Part shown: positions 54,830-64,000 of the stretch, piece after piece
How the letters are laid out: every line of letters starts with the position of its first letter
Position numbering within the stretch: the stretch's first letter is position 1
NCBI RefSeq assembly: GCF_009914755.1
Contig: NC_060934.1
Direction: 5' to 3' (one strand)
Origin: the human T2T-CHM13v2.0 reference genome, Homo sapiens
DNA: 64,000 nucleotides
Notes under the pieces: model-generated
Database searches by the model: none
What the model was told of the DNA's origin: nothing
What the model saw: the letters and a program-made list of their open reading frames with translations, nothing else
Translations under genes and position numbers: made by a program

Positions 54830-56180
54830 GCCAAAAGGTGGCTGGGGACGCGGGGGCAGCATCAGCCGGCTCCCCGCCCCCTGACCAGGAGAAGGTGCGC
54901 ACCGTAAGCACTCCACCCTCCCATTCGGCCTCTGGCCCCAGGTGCAGCCACTGTGGACTCACCCTGCCTGGTGCGGAACACTCCCTCCCTGTGATGTGCA
55001 GTCCGCAGATGGAAGCCTGGAGGGCCCACACGCTTCCGAAGCAGGGTGGCCCTAGGCTGGCTTGTCAGCGGAAGCTGTCTAGCGGGGATATGGCGGTGGC
55101 AGAAGTGAGGGGGCTGAGGGGCGGGGCGGACTTTAGCAGGAGGATAGAGGGGAATGTCCTTGTTTCATAAAGCTGAAGTGTGCCCAAGCAATGTCCCGGT
55201 ATCTCTGTGAAAGGTTGGCTGCCTGGTGTGACTGAGAGACCGGAGATTTGGCCCTGGAAGGTCAAGTGTGGTGGTCTTTTTCTTTTTTCCACTTTTTAAC
55301 CTTTTTCTACTGTGGGGAGATCGCCCAAGATTACTGAATTTGCTAACCCCAGGGGAAGTAGGCATTTGAGTCTAACAGCGCCATCCCTCCCTCCACAAAA
55401 CCCTGTAGAGCAGTGTTCGCTCTATGACGTGTGAAGGTGAAAAGCCACGCAGGAAACCAGAGAGATTTGGCACTAAAATATATGTTTTTCGTAACCAGGG
55501 CAGGTTGGGCTTCCCTTCATCACACACCAACAGATGCACACGGAGCCCCGCGCGGCCCATTCCTGAGGGCGGATTCCCCAGGGCAGGGCGAGAAAGGCCC
55601 TCGGGCCCCTGCCTGTGTGCCCATCTCTCCATCCTAGGTCGAGGATGAGCGGGTGTGCGCAGGCCCAGCGTGGGAGAGGCAGGCAGGCCAGGAGCGGCCC
55701 GCCAGAAAGGTGCAAGGGAAAGCCCCAGAGGCGGAGGGGAAGGTGAGAACCCGGGGCGGTGATGCTGCACGCTCCTGGGGGTCTGCATGGAGAAGGGGAG
55801 GGTGCGCGGGGCCGGCTGGTCCAGTGCACTCCGGCGCGGCCCCGGCACCCGTGGGCACCGCCATGTCCTTCGCTCAGCTCCGCCGCGGCTACCTGCGGGG
55901 TCTGCGCGGCTGCGGTGGCCAGGTGAGGACGTCTCTGCCCTTGCGCGGCCTGCGCTGTATGCTTCCTGCCTGGCCCGCGCTTCCCCTGCCTGCATCACCC
56001 GCTGCCCGCGCGGCTCGGAGCGCGCCCTCTGCTGGACCGGCCACGGCCGGCGGGCGGCTGCCTCCAGGCTCCACCACAGGAGGGGGAGCACGCGCCCTGC
56101 TGACCGCACGCCCACGTGATATCGCCTTCTGCCATCGCAGAAAGCAGCGGTTCAGCCTCTCTGCCTGCACACTTGCGTGA
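54830..56180. promoter_or_regulatory. CpG-rich promoter region (CpG island core ~55540-56180), candidate bidirectional promoter
   Basis: Tandem GC boxes (55117-55128), two inverted CGGAAG ETS sites (55033, 55069), ATGGCG YY1-like core, E-box, and outward-facing splice donors at 54963 (-) and 55922 (+). Confidence 0.7.
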
Positions 56181-57060
56181 TGGGGAGCTCACAAGCAGTC
56201 CACTGCATTGCTGTCAACGCTGACCATTAGAAACAGCTTCCTTATGTTGAGCCCTTTGTCGCTCACTCCATTTGTCCTACCTCTGCCCTCCAGGTCTCGC
56301 CTGCAAAGGGCTTAGCTTCTCATGACAGCACTTAAAGCATTTCAACACAGCATTAGCACCACCTAACCCCAGTTCTTCTGCCCAAACCTCCCCGGGCCCT
56401 CCAATCATTGTGGTATGATGTAGCGTCACCATTCAGATGACTCACGTTAGGACACAAACCATCTACAGAGTCCCTTCTCCACTGTGGTGCCCAGGAGTAC
56501 ACCTGAGCCTGCAGGTAGGGTCTGCCCACTGCACAGGACGGGACGTCGCCTGCGGGACTCTAACCGCTGGCCTTCAGACACACAGGCAGAGGTCACAGCA
56601 GTCGATGTGCCAGAATCTTCACACTTCTCATGTGCTCTGAGTTTAGGTTCAATTTTTATTCATTTTCATATGTTCTACTAAGTAATCCCATCCCTGAATC
56701 CATCCAGCGAACATTTAATTCCTAACGAGTGCCAGACAGCTGCTATTATTGCTGTTCAGTCTAAGGGTATATCTTCAGTTTCTGCACTAAAGTTCATCCT
56801 GGCTTACCACGTCCATAATTCTCATTTATGTTAATCATTTGGGATGGTGATGTTTTTAAATATCCAATATATCTGTAATGGCTTCCAGATCCATCTAATT
56901 AGTGAGTTTGACAGGCAGCCTTCGTATGTCCTAGTGCTGTTAAAATACCGAAATCCAGCTTCATATTCCGGTAAAGAGGCTGCACAGCCCCTTTCCCCTT
57001 TGTGAAAGATTGCTTGACAAACTACCAAGGCTTTTATGAGGAGCCCATGAAGATCTTAAC
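56180..57060 (-). mobile_element. L3/CR1 LINE fragments
   Basis: 'ggggagctcac...attagaaacagcttccttatgttgagcc' and further degenerate CR1-like segments. Confidence 0.5.
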
Positions 57061-58269
57061 CTATTGTCTTTAAATTGATCAAAAAGCTTCCTCGTGTCAC
57101 CTTGTCACATGCCTTACAGAAATCCAGAGACACTAAGTCCACCACATTTCCCTGATGTGCAGCCCAGTAATTGCACTAGCGTCTTGCTGCCCTGCTGGGC
57201 GGTTTTGACAGAACACCTGTCATTGCCTCTCCTGGTCTCTAAGCCTGTTGTTCTGCTGGGCAGGCTGGACACTGAGGTCCCACGACTGCACACAGAGGCA
57301 CACTCAGTTCTCAAACAACCACTCTATGCACTCCTGACTCAGAAAGGAGCCTGGGACTCAAGCTTTGTCTCTGATGGTCCCCTGAGGCGGCGGGTGCTTT
57401 GTTCCTCTCTTGTGCTTAGCCATGCCTTGTCCCAGCAGAAGTGTCTCAAGTCATGGGGTTTCCCCATGTCCCTGCAGAGGGTATTTTAGTCTAAGAATAC
57501 ATGGCATTCTTAACAAGGGCTTCCTGATATTAATCATAAATAGTCCTGCACTGATTTCACACTATTATTCTTTCTTACAACTTTTGTTTTTAATACAGCT
57601 GAACACCCACCTCCTCAGGCTGTGCCTGAATATGTGTGTGATGTGTATGGTATGTAGGACAAGGATCCTATAGGAGATAATGAGTATTTTAAATATATAA
57701 GAAATATTATTTACTACTATATATTTTTAAGGAGAGAGAAGATGTAGCATTTTCATTGCACTGGAAACTATACTGCAGTGATGGCTGAGGCCTAGATGTG
57801 TCCTTGAGGTGGAGGAGTGCTGGGGAGCAGGAGGTTGGGTATGGGGAGTCTGCTCTGTCCTGCTTTCTGGCCTCAGCTTCCTAGTTTAGTGAATGGCTGG
57901 GATGGGATGATCCCAAACATCACTCCCAACTCTTCTACAACATCCGCAAGTCATCACTTACAATATAGACCTATGGTCTCTGAGATTTGTAACTGACTTT
58001 TGTAAGAGTACTACTGCTACTAATGAGAATAGTAATTGACACTCACTCATTATGCATCTGTGACTTGGGCTTCAGCAATTTGCTGAGTTCTTATAACATA
58101 TCTCTGAGATAGATGTACTACTCTATTTACAGATGAGAAAGACCCAGGTCTGGCATGCTCAAGCCACTCGTTCAAATGAACATGCTGTTATGCAGCAGCC
58201 AGAAAGCCAGGTCTGTCTGGATCTTTTACATCCTCTGGCCAGAGGCTGCAGTGTGGAGATTCTACCTGA

Positions 58270-58540
<271 letters not shown>

Positions 58541-59227
58541 CTGAGCCACCTCCCCCAGTCTGGGAGCCAAGTCCTTGGCCTCCATGGTTGACCCACTTCT
58601 TGACCCTCTCCTTCACTAGGCAGCCAGTGGCTGCTTCATTACAGCTCCACACTTCAACAACTCCCAAAGAACCCAAATATCATTAAGCAATTTTATAGCA
58701 GTCTGGGGCTGACTGACAGTTCAGAAGTGGCTGCCGAGTTACTTGCCATCCAACAATTAGAAAACAGTCAAGGCCTTGGTGGGGGGTGAGGGTGCTTAGC
58801 ACAGGGCTGAGGGCACAAGTATAATGTCTAAGACCCTGCACAGAGTCCTGCCAAAGCCTTGGCAACAATCCCAGTGCTGTGTCTGGAGAAAATGACAAAT
58901 GTTCCAGAAGTGGGAGGGCACATGTCTCTCCTGGAGAGACTCTGCTTGAGGCTGCATTTACACTAGGGCACCCTTTGGGTTACTGTGGAAAACTAGATGA
59001 CTAGAGCCCCAGTAAAAGCTGCCTACTGTGTGGAAACTGCATGCAGATAGTTCTGGCATGGGAGGGTGGCTTCCTGATTGAAACAATAATAATGCTGGTG
59101 TGTGTGTCACTACAAGGAAAGAAAGGTGATTTGTGGAAATAACTACTCATACAGAAAGACAACTCAGCTTGATTAGGGAGAAGTAAGGAAGACAGGGTAA
59201 AGAATGAATTTCCTCACCTACCAATGC

Positions 59228-59385
59228 CAGGAGCAGCTCCAGGACCAAGAAAGGGATGTCACTTAAGGAAGTGCTCCTGCTTAGGGTAGTAGGGGTGCAA
59301 GGTCAGCTCCTGAGAATGTGTGCCTCTTAAATGCTGGGCCCTGGGAGGGTGGTGTCTGCCTGGCTGTACCCTAGTTGCAGCCCTA
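59228..59385. mobile_element. MER91-like hAT MITE
   Basis: Quasi-palindromic, 'ctgagaatgtgtgcctcttaaat...accctagttgcagccct'. Confidence 0.5.
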
Positions 59386-59399
59386 AGCAGGGATTTAAG

Positions 59400-59800
59400 G
59401 ATCTACTTACTTTAGCTTATTTATTCCATATAAAAGCTTCATGGTGCAGAATTACTATCCCCATTTTATAGATAGAAGAAACGGAGGCTCAGGTTCAAAG
59501 TCACCCAGTGAATAAACTCAGACAAATAGCCTCACGATCTCATAGTCTGCTTAAAACCATTTCAGATTTTTTCCCAACATTAAAACAACTCTGGAGGAAA
59601 GATAGATTAATCTGGTCAGAGTCATGTCCCAGCCACTTGCTGTTTGACTTGAGGCCAATCACTTAATTTCTCTAGGACTCAAGTTTCTTGGTTTTAAGTG
59701 GGGAGTAATACTAGGACATGTATAGATTTGTTATGAGGCTGAAATGAGAACATGCACATAAAGTACTCAGCAAAGTGCCTGGCACAGGATACAGGCAACG
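59400..59800. mobile_element. Two MIR fragments in opposite orientation
   Basis: 'ccattttatagatagaagaaacggaggctcag' and 'tgacttgaggccaatcacttaatttctctaggactcaagtttc...aaagtactcagcaaagtgcctggcac'. Confidence 0.7.
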
Positions 59801-60272
59801 CTAACAGCCAATGAACAGCAAGAACCAAGAGTCACTCATTCAACAAAATGTTTCCATGCCCAGATGCCTCCAGCCAGTGACTACCCTCAAAGAGCTCATA
59901 GTCTGGAGGCAGAACAGAAAAAAAAATAAAGCAGGAGGAGTGAATAGCATGAAATAAGGCTTGTGGGAGCCAGAAGAGGAAATTTCCAAAAGTTGGGAGG
60001 AGACCCAGAAGCTACACAGAGGAGGCGACTTTGGAGACGAGTCTCGAAGGGCCACTCTGAGGCTTGCAGGCAGGAAGGGCACCCCAGGGAGCTGCGTTTC
60101 AGCTTGTGACCCCTTAGGAAACCCGAGCCAGCCTCAGGATGCCTGGAGTGGAAGGAGGGAAGAAGAGATAGGAGAGTTGGGTTCTAGAAAGTGTAGGGGT
60201 TCCAAACACAAATGGGTTTTGCCATGAGGACTTGCCCAGCCCAGACATGTGGTCCTTTTGCACTCTGATTTA

Positions 60273-60455
<183 letters not shown>

Positions 60456-61304
60456 CTACATTCTAGTGCAAGGATGGTTTTGCTCAATCCTGGCACCCTA
60501 AAATCAGGGAATGGTGAGAGTCCAGGTTATAACCCAGAACCACCTTTCACTCTTTTCAGGACATAATCTTTCTTCTCTGTTCTTTTTCTTACAAGCATGG
60601 GGCTCCTGTATCTACTCCACCATCAGCTTCCTATGTTTCCAAACATGTTGCCCTCCGTTGGTGCTGTAGTCCAGCACGGATGCCTTCTGGACATCCTGGT
60701 CTGCACGTACCTAGCCGAGAAGGGGCTCTTTGGCAGCTGTGGGCTGACAGAGGCACTGGTGGCCTTTGGGGAGGGCAGCAGTTTAGGAAGAAAGAACTGC
60801 AGAGACCCCTGGGGCTCCCTCAGGCAGGAGCCTCACTGGTCAGACCCTCGGATCTCTTCATGTCTAGTGGCCATGCTGAAGCAGGAAGGCAACTTCTTCC
60901 TCTTAGGAGTGAAAGAGTGGTGTGATTACCAGCAAGATCATTATTCTTATCTCCATTTCTCAGGTAAAGAGATAGCACCTAGCTCACAGGTGGCAGAGTA
61001 GGGTTCGCATTCAATTTTTGCTGCCTTGGAAGTTACAGCAATATCAAACACTGCCAGGAGTCCTTCAGCTACGAACAACCAGCACTACTAATTTTCCCAG
61101 CTTCCCACTCTTACTTTGAATCACTTTTTTCCTCTTCATTGCTATAATGACACCAAGGAATGGAAGACACTTGTGTAGGTCTTCCCCGTCCCATCCACTT
61201 CCTCCCCATCACTTTCCTCCAGTGTTGAAACATGACTGGTCTAAACTACTCTTTAGGAAAAACAAACAAAAGCAACCACTCTTGGCCAGTCCCTAGACAC
61301 TGGG

Positions 61305-61650
61305 TCTTTCCCACCACCCCTGACTCCTCCCACAAGCCTTGGTCCCTCCCACTAGCCCTGAATCCTCCCACCATCCTCGGCCCTTCCCACCACCCCTGGC
61401 CCCTCCCACCATCCTCGGCCCTTCCTACCAGCCCCGTCTCCTCCACCAGCCTCAGCCCCTCCCACCACCCGTGGCTCTGCCCACCATCCTTGTCCCCTCC
61501 CACCAGCCCCAGACCCTCCCACCAACCCTAGCTCCTCCCACTACCCCTGGCTCCTCCCAGGATCCTCTGCCCCTCTCACCAGCCCTGGGCCCTCCCACCA
61601 CCCTCAGCCCCTCCCACCACCCTCAGCCCCTCCCACCAGCCCTGGTCCCT
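61305..61650 (+). repeat. C-rich degenerate minisatellite, ~19-bp unit (cccaccaccctcagcccct)
   Basis: Repeated diverged cccacca... units over ~345 bp. Confidence 0.85.
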
Positions 61651-63689
61651 GTGTGCCAGCACAACTCACTTTGCTGCTGGTGAGCACGGTCCCCTTCAGG
61701 ACCTCTAACCTGGTCTTTGGACCCTGCTTCTCGGAACCATGGCCCTTACAAGGTGGAGGTAGAGACCTCCCCTTCCTCGACAGTCCCCCACCTTTTGATC
61801 GCCACCTCGAAAGGAAGTAGAGGTCTAGCTGCTCAAAGGTTTGGGAGGCTGGGAGGCGGTGAAATGCCTGCAGCATGCAGTCAGGAAGTAAACTTGAATC
61901 TCTACGGGCTACCGTTTCAAAGGAGTCAGCTACGCTATGCCTCTGGGAATTTCAAACTGAACACATTTCTAAGTGGGCCGAGTAGCTCTCCCCTCCTCCC
62001 CTGCTCTCAAACACCTCTATGCTCATCTTTGGCCTCCCCAAACCCACGTTTCTTTTTATTTCTCAATGTGTTTTAGTTATAGCTTCGCTTTTCTCTTTCC
62101 AAACATCACCTCAGAAGCCTCATGTTTAACATTTCAAGGTATTTTGCTAAACAACGACATCTACTCTATAGCGAGATTGCTCCACCAAGTCAGTTGCAGA
62201 GGTCAACAGAATACATTTGGGGAGCTGCTCCGCTGCACACTCACAGACACACAGCAGTGTTTTCCTTCGGGCTGTATTTGACTAGGCCCAGGGTGAGAAT
62301 ATCATCCAAGACCCATCATACATCCCACCGGTGCCCTCATCCCTAATTCTGACACAAGGCACACTGCTGGCCCAGTCCTGGTGCAGCCTGGTGTGGCTGC
62401 AAGGAAAAGCGAGCTGTTTCTCTATTTTCTGAAGCTTTTGGCTGTTTTGTGCCAAGACCTATGGTTACTTTACTTTTGGTTATCATCTTTGGAAGCCCTC
62501 GGGCTCCATTTTTTTTTTTAAACGAGGCAGCTGTGAGCATCGTAATTGCAGTGATGTGCCCCAGCAACTTCCAGATTTTCTCTTTAAAATAGTTTTCTAG
62601 TTATAACTCGAGTTTATCATGTCATCATCAAATCACTGAGTAGAAAATGTTACATTTGGGTGTCATCATGGATAATCACTCTGAAGAAAGAGTTTTATTC
62701 TAGTAAAGACTGTGTTTAATAAAGCCTCTGGTGAACTTCAGCCTTGCCAGGCTGAGCAGCAACGGGTGACCCTGGCTGGGAGGGACTAGCTGTTGACTTT
62801 CCCCACCTCTTTCTTTATGCCCTGAGCCAGGCACCCTGTGTTGCTCTGTGGCAAAGAAAAAGTGTTTCCATTTTCAATATGTGGCTTAACTGCATGCAGC
62901 AGTGGAAGTTGCTGTGCCTAGCCCTGCTCGCGGGGCCACAGGCTTCTTGAGGCTGTGAGGAATATTGCTTTTCTCCTTGCACTTGAGAAGGGATGTAGAC
63001 CTGTGGGTCCCTCTCCTCCATCTTCTCCTGCTATTGTATTATTGTCTTATATTGTATTATACAATCTTCTGTCCCAGAGCACATTGCCCATTCTAGGCAT
63101 CCATTTTCCTGCCCAAAGTCCTGTTTCAGTTCATGGAGAAATTGATCACATTCACTTTTTTTGCACCCAGAATGTGAAAGTCAGAGATCTGGAGTACAAC
63201 TGCGCCCATTTGGCTGCAGAAAGCAAAATGGATCTCTGTATTTTCTACCCGATGCATCTTCATCAACATGATCCATTCTCTGATATGCACAGCACTCTAC
63301 GAGTTGCCAATTTTCACATCCATTTTTCTTATTTGATATTCACCTATTTAGTTAGAAAGTAAAAGTAGATGTAATTTCCCCCCATGTTATAGAGGGGGAA
63401 ATTAAAGAGAAGGCAGGCAAAATGCTTTTGTCAAACAAAGAAAGTGGTAGGTTTTCTGATATCTAGCCTAAACTATTTCAGATATACCAGGATGTAACAA
63501 AGAGAACATACTTGTCTGTTAGTCTATTACATGCTAAGATATCACTATTTAGGTTTAAATATATTATACAGAGATCATGGGGAGAAATTGGCCTCTGCAA
63601 CTTTGAAGATGCCAATATAGCTTCAAACAGCTCTTGAGGTATGTGAGAGCTGGCAAATGAAACTGACTGGTAGTGAGAATCACATAAAA

Positions 63690-64000
63690 AGTCAATCATG
63701 CAACTTGATAAATGTCACTTACAGAAAACCCATGGTACCATCTTACTGGTGAAATAATGGATGCTTTCCCTCTAAGATCAGGAACAATACCAGGATGTCT
63801 GTACTTGTCACTTCTATTTGACATTGTACGGGAGATTCTAGCAGGGTGGCAATTAGACAAGAAAAAGAAACAAAAGGGAGCCAAATCGGAAGGGAGAATT
63901 CGAACTACAATTGCAGATGCCATGATCTTGTATTTAAAAACTCCAAAGGAGTCCAGTAAGAAAGCATTAAAACTATTACAAATGAGTTCAGAAATGTTTC
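63690..64000 (+). mobile_element. Old L1M ORF2 (RT) fragment, runs off window
   Basis: 'gctttccctctaagatcaggaacaataccaggatgtc...gcagatgccatgatcttgtattta'. Confidence 0.75.

Noticed and set aside
55372-56192. 247-aa and 175-aa ORFs over the second CpG island
   Set aside because: Expected from GC content; several frames are open on both strands and there is no recognisable domain
61232-61683. Proline-rich ORFs
   Set aside because: Translation of the C-rich minisatellite

Overview
Primate (ape, most likely human) genomic DNA, dominated by transposable elements. I recognise no established protein-coding gene, and nearly all listed ORFs are L1 remnants or Alu, GC-rich or low-complexity artefacts. 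Three structures stand out. (1) 11.8-23.2 kb is a nested retroelement stack: AluJ contains an L1PA7-type element, which contains a full-length L1PA3-type element. The inner element carries a ~365-bp 3' transduction and retains the ~129-bp ZNF93-bound 5'UTR segment; an AluY and a ~44-bp antisense L1 stub also sit in the host L1. Candidate target-site duplications (TSDs) are visible for each layer. (2) 29.8-39.7 kb is a MER21 LTR split by Tigger3a and by an 8.7-kb ERV1 block (tRNA-Ser primer site). The two ends of this block belong to one LTR type, yet its interior holds a different LTR, old MIR/L1M fragments and a CpG island with a plausible spliced ~130-aa orphan ORF. This looks like foreign genomic DNA captured inside a provirus. 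(3) 54.8-56.2 kb is a CpG/GC-box region with outward-facing splice donors, a candidate bidirectional promoter. Repeat subfamily names come from recalled consensus sequences and need RepeatMasker/Dfam confirmation.
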